Positions 40,646-49,425 of a DNA stretch of 64,000 nucleotides are shown here, piece by piece. The notes below the pieces were generated by a model that saw only the letters and a program-made list of their open reading frames with translations, was not told the DNA's origin and made no database searches. Each line of letters starts with the position of its first letter. Position 1 is the stretch's first letter. Location: contig CAXXWQ010000004.1 in the NCBI GenBank assembly GCA_963674945.2, positions 2,976,001 through 3,040,000 on the forward strand, written 5' to 3'. The stretch is from an uncultured Desulfosarcina sp. (GTDB lineage: Bacteria > Desulfobacterota > Desulfobacteria > Desulfobacterales > Desulfosarcinaceae). The position numbers and the translations under genes are program-made.

Positions 40646-43024
40646 TCAACTCTCAATGGGCGTTGCAGGGAATCCAGTTATACCAGGGGCAAAAATGCAT
40701 CTTCTATGTCGAATCAGCAAGAACAAGGCAAACAGCAACGTCATGACGGTAATGACGAGGCCAATGTAAAACATCCGCGGGACATATTCAATGATTATGT
40801 GATTTTTCCCGGGATTGATTCGAATCGCTTTCCCCAGTACCTGGGCGCTGTAAACAGTTGTCGGCATGCCGTTGATTTTTGCTTCCCAGCCTGGATAATT
40901 TGCATCCGCAAGAAACAGCCATGCCGCCCGGGGTGTGTCCAACGTTAATTCATATCTCTGGCTGCTTTTTTCTACATATTGGATGTTCTCTAAAACCATC
41001 TTTTCAGTGAAGTTTTGAAGCGTTTGGGTTTCCGGGAAAGAGATCTGCCGGATTTTTTCTTCTTCCGGCCGCTCTAGATAAAGCGTCTTTTCTTCGGCTG
41101 ATTTGATTTTCATTAATGCTTCTTCATAGGAATCCACAAATACATGGGAGGTATATATTTGAAATCTGGGCAGTGCTCTCGTGTTATGATAAACACGAAC
41201 ACCCCTCTCAAAATATAATGGTTTTAGCGCAGGATTTTTTGGAGGCTTACTGGTGGATATGTATTTTAACCCCAATATATCGATCATCTTGTACTTCGTA
41301 TTTTGATCCTGAAAGATTTCTTCTTCAAAGACAGGATCCAAAACCGAGCGTCTCCCCATTTTTAGTGCCAGCGCACCGTCAATGGATGAATATCCCCATA
41401 TAAGTCCGGTTAGCGCGGGCAATGACGTCATTGTTTTTCTAAAGGCATCCTCCAAGACAGGACTCTTGGGGTCGATGAATATCATGGTTGCACCGGATCC
41501 TGCATGTGTTTTGTATTCAGGAAGAAACGGGTCGTCAAGTACATGGTCGACCGTTTCCTTGGCAGGGGCGACAATGGAATAGGGCGCAAAATGAAACATA
41601 TTTGTTCTCAATAGCAGGCATTCAGAGAATAGAATCAATACCGCCAAAACAGGGATAACGTGGGTAAAATTTGCCTTTCGTAATAGAAAAATGAATACAA
41701 ATGTGATGAGAAAGGTAAAGATCTGTATGACTGATGCGCTTTCGGTAAAACATTCCACACTTATTGGTATAAGAAAGCAGAGTGAAAGCAGTAATAACAG
41801 AATTGCGAAGCATTTCTTGCGTTTTCCCCCAGCCCAGAATGGGATGATGTCCTTTGAGACGGAGTCAATAAAAAAGCCGGCCAATATGGAAATTCCGATT
41901 ACTGAGATATTAAGAAACACAAACATTGCCCGATGATAATGCAGCCCGGGAATTAAATGAAATTTGTATATAAAATTAAAAACAGGGGATGTATCCTGCA
42001 GGCCTAAGTTAATCAATAGAAAGGACGCGATAATATGACCCATGATCCGATTTGGCGTTTTAATGAAAAGGGTCCCGAGAGCGATACCGAGTACCATCAA
42101 ACTGCCCAAATTGGGTACATTACCGCTGCTCATTGGATTAGGTTCATTAAAAGCGTAGGTAAATAAAAGCCCCCTGAACCACAATATGGAATCTAAACCT
42201 GTAAAGAGCATTTCGATACCATGCGTCCTGTGAGACTGGCGGATAAGCTCGATCAATGGAAACGTTTGCACCGCAGTAAGTCCGATGAATAGCAGAACCG
42301 CCAGGCTCCCGGTAAGAAGATATCTTTTCCAGTTTGATTTGAGAACGCCTCTTGATTCTGATGCAAATGGCAGTGGGAGCATGCTGGCAATCATATAAAT
42401 AACAGCACCATATGGTAATTGGGGATATCCAGCCAAAACGGATAACGCAGTGGGAATGGCCAGCAACAAGGCGCTAACGGCTGAAGGACGCTTTATCCAA
42501 TACTCGCATGCGACAATCATCCAGGGGATCCAGGTCAGCGTCGATGATCCGGTGTAGTTATGCAGAACCGATATCCAGGCAGTGGAAAATACCGACGCCA
42601 ACGAAGCAAAGGTGGCGCTCCAAGAACTTAGTTTGAGTTGTCTGCCCAGAACAAATACGCCCAATCCACCTATCACCATCAACAGGATATGCACCATTTG
42701 ATGCCCTAAATTGGGATTGAATATAAGCGCGATCAGAATGTTGAGTGGATTTGCAAAGCCGCCTTGCCCCTCTGCAAATAACGGATGTCCTCCGTATATC
42801 TTGTTTGACCACAAGACCGATTCGCTGCCGAAAAGCAATTGTTTGTTTGTGTAGAACAATGGCAACCCGTGAAGTACAGAATCTCCGTGGATGATTGTTT
42901 TTCCATGAAATAATGCGGGATACCAAAATAATACAACGAGAATTCCTCCCAGTAGCAAAGAATATTTCCCACTGAGGAAAATGGTTTTTATTTGAACTGC
43001 GGCAATATCTGTTTTTTGATTCAT
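40646..43024 (-). CDS. YfhO-like multi-TM GT-C-type membrane protein, copy 1
   Basis: GD..LH..P, LWS...GGHPLFAE, many TMs, C-terminal LADANYPGWEA.ING...PG...I..EY.P plus final TM. Confidence 0.85.
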   Translation of the reverse strand: MNQKTDIAAVQIKTIFLSGKYSLLLGGILVVLFWYPALFHGKTIIHGDSVLHGLPLFYTNKQLLFGSESVLWSNKIYGGHPLFAEGQGGFANPLNILIALIFNPNLGHQMVHILLMVIGGLGVFVLGRQLKLSSWSATFASLASVFSTAWISVLHNYTGSSTLTWIPWMIVACEYWIKRPSAVSALLLAIPTALSVLAGYPQLPYGAVIYMIASMLPLPFASESRGVLKSNWKRYLLTGSLAVLLFIGLTAVQTFPLIELIRQSHRTHGIEMLFTGLDSILWFRGLLFTYAFNEPNPMSSGNVPNLGSLMVLGIALGTLFIKTPNRIMGHIIASFLLINLGLQDTSPVFNFIYKFHLIPGLHYHRAMFVFLNISVIGISILAGFFIDSVSKDIIPFWAGGKRKKCFAILLLLLSLCFLIPISVECFTESASVIQIFTFLITFVFIFLLRKANFTHVIPVLAVLILFSECLLLRTNMFHFAPYSIVAPAKETVDHVLDDPFLPEYKTHAGSGATMIFIDPKSPVLEDAFRKTMTSLPALTGLIWGYSSIDGALALKMGRRSVLDPVFEEEIFQDQNTKYKMIDILGLKYISTSKPPKNPALKPLYFERGVRVYHNTRALPRFQIYTSHVFVDSYEEALMKIKSAEEKTLYLERPEEEKIRQISFPETQTLQNFTEKMVLENIQYVEKSSQRYELTLDTPRAAWLFLADANYPGWEAKINGMPTTVYSAQVLGKAIRINPGKNHIIIEYVPRMFYIGLVITVMTLLFALFLLIRHRRCIFAPGITGFPATPIES
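40707..41177. repeat. 471-bp near-identical direct repeat (partner 43071-43541)
   Basis: Offset 2364 bp; I see only about 3 substitutions. Confidence 0.93.
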
Positions 43025-45382
43025 TTACATCGATATATGGTTTCGATCCAGAGGGGAAAATTGTCTTCTTTGTCGAATCAGCAAGAACAAGGCAAACAGC
43101 AGCGTCATGGCGGTAATGACGAGGCCAATGTAAAACATCCGCGGGACATATTCAATGATTATGTGATTTTTCCCGGGATTGATTCGAATCGCTTTCCCCA
43201 GTACCTGAGCGCTGTAAACAGTTGTCGGCATGCCGTTGATTTTTGCTTCCCAGCCTGGATAATTTGCATCCGCAAGAAACAGCCATGCCGCCCGGGGTGT
43301 GTCCAACGTTAATTCATATCTCTGGCTGCTTTTTTCTACATATTGGATGTTCTCTAAAACCATCTTTTCAGTGAAGTTTTGAAGCGTTTGGGTTTCCGGG
43401 AAAGAGATCTGCCGGATTTTTTCTTCTTCCGGCCGCTCTAGATAAAGCGTCTTTTCTTCGGCTGATTTGATTTTCATTAATGCTTCTTCATAGGAATCCA
43501 CAAATACATGGGAGGTATATATTTGAAATCTGGGCAGTGCTTTCCGATTAATATACACCTTAATATTGTTTGTCCTGTCAAAATATAACAGTTGCATTGC
43601 AGGGTTTCTCACAGGCTTATTGGCGACGATATATTTTAATCCCAGGATATCCATCATCTTAAAACCTTCATTTTGGTCCTGAAAGATCTCCTCTTCAAAT
43701 ACAGGGTCCAGAATGGAACGTCTTCCCAATTTTAGTGCCAGTGCCCCATCGATGGATGAAAGCCCCCACATGAGTCCGGGAAAACAAGGAAGGGAGCTCA
43801 TGAATCTTTTAAATCCACTCTCCAAAGCCGGGTGCCTGGGGTCCATGAAAAACATGAATGGACCAGCACCGGTATGTGTTTTGTACTCATGAATCAATGG
43901 GTCGCTAAGTACATGATCGACCGTTTCCTTGGGCGGGGCGACGATGGAACCGGGCGCAAAATGGAACATCTTTGTTCTTAAAAGCAGGCATTCCGTGAAT
44001 AGAACCAATACCAACAGAACGGGGATAACGCGGGCAAAACTTGCCTTTCGTAATAGAAAAATGAATACAAATGCGATGAGAAAGGTTAAAACCTGGATGA
44101 CGGAAGCACTTTCGGTAAAGCATTCCACACTTTTTGGTATGAGAAAAAAGGCCAAGAGCAGTAATATCAAAGCGGCAAGGTATTTCTTGGGTTTTCCCAC
44201 GGCCCAGAACGGGATGATGTTCTTTGAAACGGAGTCAACAAAAAAGCCAGCCAATATGGAAATTCCGATTACTGAAATATCGAGAAATACATGCATTATT
44301 CTGTAATAATGCAATCCCGGAATTAAATGAAACGTATATATGAAATTAAAAATCGGGGACGCGTCCTGCATGCCCAAATTGATTAACAGAAAGGATGCGA
44401 TAATATGACCCATGATCCGAACCGGCATTTTGACAAACAAGGATCCAAGTGCCAGGCAAAATACCATCAAGCTGCCCAAGTTGGCTACATTCGCTGCACT
44501 TATCGGATTGGCTTCATTAAGGGCATAGGTGAATAAAAGTCCTCTGAACCAATATATGAAATCAATACCTGTGAAGGCCAGTTTGATGCCATGATTCCTG
44601 TGAGATTGGCCGACGAGCTCAATCAAAGGCAAGGTCTGCATGGCAGTCATTCCGATGAATATCAGGACCGCCAGGCTTCCGGTAAGAAGATATTTTTTCC
44701 AGTTTGATTTGAAAACACCTTTCGTCTCCGATGCGAATGGCAGGGGGAGCATGCTGGCAATCATATAAACAACCACACCATACGGGAATTGCGGATATCC
44801 GGCCAAAATGGAGAATGCGGTGGGAATGGCAAGCAGCAAGGCGCTAACGGCTGAAGGACGCTTTAACCAATATTCACATGCGACCAACATCCAAGGTGCC
44901 CAGGTCAGTGTCGATGACCCGGTATAGTTATATAAAACAGATATCCAGGCGGTGGAAAATGCCGTCGCCAATGCAGCAAAGGTGGCGCTCCAATAACTTA
45001 ATTTGAGTTGTCTGCCCAAAACAAAAACGCCCGCTCCGCCGATCACCATTGCCAGGAGGTACACCAGTTGATGGCCAAAATTAAGATTGAAAAAAAACGC
45101 AATGAGAATATTCAGTGGATTTGCATAGCCGCCTTGCCCTTCTGCGAATAATGGATGCCCGCCGTATATCTTATTTGACCATAAAACCGATTCACTGTCG
45201 GAGAGCAATTGTTTGTGCGTATAGAACAACGGCAATCCATGATGAACGGAATCTCCATGGATGATGGTTTTTCCCTGAAATAAAGCGGGGTACCAAAACA
45301 CTAAAACGAGAATTCCAACCAGCAGAAGAGAACATTTACCATTGAGAATGGTGGTTTTTATCTTGCCGACCACGTTATCCAT
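43025..45382 (-). CDS. YfhO-like multi-TM GT-C-type membrane protein, copy 2
   Basis: Colinear paralogue of 40646-43024; ATG at 45382 overlaps the GT2 stop. Confidence 0.85.
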   Translation of the reverse strand: MDNVVGKIKTTILNGKCSLLLVGILVLVFWYPALFQGKTIIHGDSVHHGLPLFYTHKQLLSDSESVLWSNKIYGGHPLFAEGQGGYANPLNILIAFFFNLNFGHQLVYLLAMVIGGAGVFVLGRQLKLSYWSATFAALATAFSTAWISVLYNYTGSSTLTWAPWMLVACEYWLKRPSAVSALLLAIPTAFSILAGYPQFPYGVVVYMIASMLPLPFASETKGVFKSNWKKYLLTGSLAVLIFIGMTAMQTLPLIELVGQSHRNHGIKLAFTGIDFIYWFRGLLFTYALNEANPISAANVANLGSLMVFCLALGSLFVKMPVRIMGHIIASFLLINLGMQDASPIFNFIYTFHLIPGLHYYRIMHVFLDISVIGISILAGFFVDSVSKNIIPFWAVGKPKKYLAALILLLLAFFLIPKSVECFTESASVIQVLTFLIAFVFIFLLRKASFARVIPVLLVLVLFTECLLLRTKMFHFAPGSIVAPPKETVDHVLSDPLIHEYKTHTGAGPFMFFMDPRHPALESGFKRFMSSLPCFPGLMWGLSSIDGALALKLGRRSILDPVFEEEIFQDQNEGFKMMDILGLKYIVANKPVRNPAMQLLYFDRTNNIKVYINRKALPRFQIYTSHVFVDSYEEALMKIKSAEEKTLYLERPEEEKIRQISFPETQTLQNFTEKMVLENIQYVEKSSQRYELTLDTPRAAWLFLADANYPGWEAKINGMPTTVYSAQVLGKAIRINPGKNHIIIEYVPRMFYIGLVITAMTLLFALFLLIRQRRQFSPLDRNHISM
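43071..43541. repeat. 471-bp near-identical direct repeat (partner 40707-41177)
   Basis: Direct sequence comparison. Confidence 0.93.
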
Positions 45383-46367
45383 TATATTTTTTGTCTGAAA
45401 TAATCGAAGGTGTGGTAAATAAACCCGCAATCGGTGTTGCGGGAATTAAGGATATATCATGGGCAAAAAAGGCCAATAACAGCTGAATTCCCAATATGAC
45501 GGGTAATGCCGCCAGCAAAATCGTTCCCAAAGGAGTGGCCTGCCCCTCGACGATCGCGATGTGCCAGTGATAAAATCCGAAAATCAATCCAAAGAAAAAC
45601 AGAACGGTTCCTGCCAACAGCTCCAGTGAAGCAAGCGACATGTCTCTTAAAAAGTAGTTATAAAAAATTCTCTTTAAAAAATTCTTGGTATGCTTGTAAA
45701 TGAACTCAAAGAACACATTTTTTATAGACAAATTGCTGCTTTCGCCGTCATATTTTGCATCCATGGGGATATCGAGGACAACTGCCCGAAGGATGTTCAA
45801 TCGAAACAGCATGTCTGTCTCGAAAAAATATCTGTTGCTGATTTTCTGGAAAGGAAGAAGCTTTGCCACCCTAGCATCTATGGCCGTGTATCCGTTGGTG
45901 GGATCAAAATTTGTCCAGTACCCTGTCGAAAGCTTGGACATGAAAGAGAGAACGAGGTTGCCGATTACCCTGATCCGAGGCATACGCTTGAGTTGTGCGA
46001 GATCGTAAAAGCGATTTCCTTTGGTATAGTCCGCCTGCCCCTTGATAATCGGGTAAACAAAGCGGGGAAGAAGTGAAGGTTCCATCTGTTCATCACCGTC
46101 AATCTTGACGATGATATCACAATCATCCTTGATTGCTTCCACATATCCCGCGAGCACGGCTCCGCCGACGCCCAAATTTTTTTTATTCCGGACAACGGTT
46201 ACACGTGGATCTTTGCAATGGGTTTCAACATGATCTCCTGTTTTTTCCGGACAACCATCGTCAACAACATAAATGCGGTCAACTTCAGGGCCGATTTTGG
46301 AAACCACTTCCAGAATATGCGTTTTTACCTTAAAAGACGGGATGACGACGGCAATTTTTGGTTTCAT
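45375..46367 (-). CDS. GT2 glycosyltransferase, polyprenol-phosphate glycosyltransferase (GtrB/DPM1-like)
   Basis: VVIPS, VVDDG, NLGVGGA, KIDGD.Q, DPTNGY, two C-terminal TMs. Confidence 0.9.
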   Translation of the reverse strand: MKPKIAVVIPSFKVKTHILEVVSKIGPEVDRIYVVDDGCPEKTGDHVETHCKDPRVTVVRNKKNLGVGGAVLAGYVEAIKDDCDIIVKIDGDEQMEPSLLPRFVYPIIKGQADYTKGNRFYDLAQLKRMPRIRVIGNLVLSFMSKLSTGYWTNFDPTNGYTAIDARVAKLLPFQKISNRYFFETDMLFRLNILRAVVLDIPMDAKYDGESSNLSIKNVFFEFIYKHTKNFLKRIFYNYFLRDMSLASLELLAGTVLFFFGLIFGFYHWHIAIVEGQATPLGTILLAALPVILGIQLLLAFFAHDISLIPATPIAGLFTTPSIISDKKYNG

Positions 46368-46440
46368 AATAACATATTCAATTCTGAAGCAGGCGATGTT
46401 GGTTTTTAGTCGAAATGTCCCCTGAAATATGAATTTGATT

Positions 46441-47526
46441 TCATAAACGCCGGTTGTTTCCTAAAACCGTTGCGTCAAACCGATCCTTCAATTTACCATG
46501 GATGTGGTACGCTTGTTTCAGAATATTGGCGTCCAGGTCACACTTCTCATGTGCTGGTGCCTTTGACAGGACAAAACCCGCAGGCAATTGTTCCCTTACC
46601 GTTGCGCAATGGGCAACGGCCTTCCAGACCATCTCCGGATCATCACATAATTCTTCATATCCCACAAAACACAGTTCCAAATTCGTTTCTTGGGCGTGAT
46701 TCAGAATGTATCCATATACATTGATCCACTGCTCCAACCAGTACTCCGGGTCGTCCAAAGACTTTGTGGATGCGGTACTATGTAAATCGAAAAAGCGATG
46801 GTCGCTTCCAAATTCATGGTGAACCAGCCATTTCATGTATTTTTTTGAGAATTTGTCCTCGCGGTGGAGCGCAACAAAACGCCGATGCTGATTATGCAGA
46901 GACAGCGAATGCTGAATCGGATCGCGAAATGGGATAATCATTACCGAATTGGGGAATGCTTTTCGGATAGACGATAGTCTTATGATATTGTTGTTATTTT
47001 TTGACAAATATCTTTCCGAATCATTAATTTGTAACAGGCCCGCTATATATTTTCTAAACTTTTCGATTTCGCTTTTTCCCGCCGCCATTGCTGTCAGCCG
47101 ATCCGGCAAAATGTATTGATCGCCACAGAAAACACGCCAAAATACTTCTTCCAAGGCTTCCGGACTGTCAAAATCCACCATCATGCCGTCTGCGTGTGCT
47201 CTTTCATTCATCCTGCCTTCTCTGTCCCCTCCCCCTCTGCATTTCCTCCAGAGATTGGGTGAAAGTGGAAACGGCATGTCTCGATACGTTAAAGAGCAAA
47301 ATTCCCCTGTTTCATAAAATAACCGCATAAGGGCCGTTGTTCCGGCACGAGCCAGACCAGAAATAAATACATGTTTCCGGTTTTGGACATTGTCAGCGTC
47401 TTCATGCTCAGGTTTAAATGTAAGCAGCATCTGGTCCATCATGAAGGCCATCTCCAACATGCTTGAAAAATTGAGGGCAACATAATGAAGCAACCGATCC
47501 ATGAAGCTATAATTATTTTTTGGCAT
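46441..47526 (-). CDS. PAPS-dependent sulfotransferase family protein
   Basis: VFISGLARAGTT, YLSKNNNN, FRDPIQHSLS, VGYEELC. Confidence 0.88.
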   Translation of the reverse strand: MPKNNYSFMDRLLHYVALNFSSMLEMAFMMDQMLLTFKPEHEDADNVQNRKHVFISGLARAGTTALMRLFYETGEFCSLTYRDMPFPLSPNLWRKCRGGGDREGRMNERAHADGMMVDFDSPEALEEVFWRVFCGDQYILPDRLTAMAAGKSEIEKFRKYIAGLLQINDSERYLSKNNNNIIRLSSIRKAFPNSVMIIPFRDPIQHSLSLHNQHRRFVALHREDKFSKKYMKWLVHHEFGSDHRFFDLHSTASTKSLDDPEYWLEQWINVYGYILNHAQETNLELCFVGYEELCDDPEMVWKAVAHCATVREQLPAGFVLSKAPAHEKCDLDANILKQAYHIHGKLKDRFDATVLGNNRRL

Positions 47527-47899
47527 AATTCTTTCTCAGCCTTCCATATGTTAGCGCAATCAGCGTCGTCACAATCATGCCGCAAGGAGTGGACAGAATC
47601 TTTCCGATATTCAAAGAAAAAGGGATTGATAGATAAACAGCGATAATAAAAGGGGAAAAAACAATTGCCATTATAAGAAACAAAAATATCGATTCACGAA
47701 AGAGCATAACGGCATATTTTGTCAACACTTTTTCTTTCCAGTGGTCGGAAATTGCCTTGCTTCGTAACACCTTAAAAATCTTATGATACGTGGTGTTCAT
47801 GTTTCGGACAGTTGAAAAGAACGTTGACTTCAACAGAATTTCAACCGTCATGATGCAGCAGACAAAAATGATCGACCAGCTTATTATATTATCTTTCAT
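47513..47899 (-). CDS. Small membrane protein of unknown function (about 3 TM)
   Basis: Hydrophobic segments, ISDHWKEK loop; overlaps the sulfotransferase start. Confidence 0.7.
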   Translation of the reverse strand: MKDNIISWSIIFVCCIMTVEILLKSTFFSTVRNMNTTYHKIFKVLRSKAISDHWKEKVLTKYAVMLFRESIFLFLIMAIVFSPFIIAVYLSIPFSLNIGKILSTPCGMIVTTLIALTYGRLRKNYAKK

Positions 47900-47935
47900 T
47901 TTCGTTTTTTATGAATCCGTCCGAACAGTGACTTT

Positions 47936-49132
47936 TTACATATTCATCATTTTTGGAATGAAAAATTTTTTTGCCAAATTTTTACCTTGTATGCGCATCG
48001 GCACCTCGATGAATCGGTAGTTGAGCTCCGATAATGCGAAGACGGTAACAAAAGCCAAAAGTATAATGAAGACATTTGAAATCCTTTTTTCAAACGCTGA
48101 AAATTCCATGTTCGGAAAATATTTTGCCCATGTTTCGGCGATAATAAAAAAGGTGATGAGATGGATGATGTAAATAGAGTATGAACGAGAACCAATATAT
48201 AGCATTACTTTCCGATACAGTCGTACAGAACCGAGGCTATTTTCATAAGAAGCTGCGAGAAGAACAATTATCGCTGACACGAACGCCAAAAAGCCGATAC
48301 TATAAATTGCCGTATCTGAGCCGAAACCCTGCAACCGTGCCGACCAGAAAGGCAGCATCAGAATCAATGTGTAAGATATGAATGGCGTGACTGCACCATT
48401 GTTTAAAATACCATCAATCCTGCTGAACCGAATTTTTTTGGATGGAAGAAGTGCAATGAGTATTCCCCAGCAAAATCCATCAATTCGGAAGAACCAGCCA
48501 TAGGTCCAATAAGGTCTCTGCCAAAAAAATTGAATGACGATTAGAAAAATCATGATCACAATCAGGGGCCTTTTTTTAAAGAGCAAAAAGAGAATCGGCA
48601 AAACGATATAGAATTGTTGCTCCAGCGATAGTGACCAATAATGTCCATAATAGTAAAGAATGTTGCACCAGAATGCATCGGAAGGATTGGCGGTGCAATA
48701 TGCTGCATAATAATTATTCACATTGGCCAGTGCTGATCCCATGGGTATGAAATTCCTCAGGTGCAGATCACCGAGACTACCATAAAACCCTTGAAACCAT
48801 TGATAAAGAAACACCACAAAGACCCAGAAAAAAGCTGCGGGGAGCAACCTGAACGCTCGCTTGATCCAGAATGCGAATAATGCATTTTTCTTTGACCGCG
48901 TATTGAAAAAGGATCTGCTGACCGAAAGCGTAATCACATAGCCAGAAATGACAAAAAAAAGATCAACGCCAACATTTCCATCAAAAAAAGTTTTCAAATG
49001 CTTATAGGCATTTGATGGAAATGCCAGGGCACACCCCAAATGAACAGACAGAACCATTATAATTGCGATGGCTCTCAGGATTTCAATGTTTTCATTTTTA
49101 TTTTGAATAATTTCTGTATGTTGCATGGCCAC
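47936..49132 (-). CDS. Acyltransferase-3 (OafA-like) membrane protein
   Basis: IEILRAIA...H, GVDLFFVISG, FWIKRAFRLLP, YWSLSLEQQFY, GSRSYSIYIIH. Confidence 0.93.
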   Translation of the reverse strand: MAMQHTEIIQNKNENIEILRAIAIIMVLSVHLGCALAFPSNAYKHLKTFFDGNVGVDLFFVISGYVITLSVSRSFFNTRSKKNALFAFWIKRAFRLLPAAFFWVFVVFLYQWFQGFYGSLGDLHLRNFIPMGSALANVNNYYAAYCTANPSDAFWCNILYYYGHYWSLSLEQQFYIVLPILFLLFKKRPLIVIMIFLIVIQFFWQRPYWTYGWFFRIDGFCWGILIALLPSKKIRFSRIDGILNNGAVTPFISYTLILMLPFWSARLQGFGSDTAIYSIGFLAFVSAIIVLLAASYENSLGSVRLYRKVMLYIGSRSYSIYIIHLITFFIIAETWAKYFPNMEFSAFEKRISNVFIILLAFVTVFALSELNYRFIEVPMRIQGKNLAKKFFIPKMMNM

Positions 49133-49147
49133 ATTCGGATCTTTTAC

Positions 49148-49390
49148 CTAAACTGGGCGTTTCACCTCAGTTTTTTTATCGCCGGACTTTTTTAATACTC
49201 CTAATTTGATCAATAATCTTTTTACCGGGTACCAGAAGACAGCAAACACTGCCAAAAAGATCGACATAATAAAGCCGAAGATAACGGCGATTGTCCCTGC
49301 GCCGAGTCCCGGACCGATGTAGGCATATACAGGAGATGAAAAAATAAGACTCATTGTAATCATAAAAGTCAGGTTAGATAGATATCTCAT
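49148..49390 (-). CDS. Small membrane peptide: signal peptide + YIGPG + single TM + basic tail
   Basis: RBS AAGGA; ...SSPVYA-YIGPGLGAG-TM-WYPVKRLL...KK; fills the gap between two co-oriented genes. Confidence 0.8.
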   Translation of the reverse strand: MRYLSNLTFMITMSLIFSSPVYAYIGPGLGAGTIAVIFGFIMSIFLAVFAVFWYPVKRLLIKLGVLKKSGDKKTEVKRPV

Positions 49391-49425
49391 GCTTATTGTC
49401 CTTTTATATATTCTAACGATTTCGA

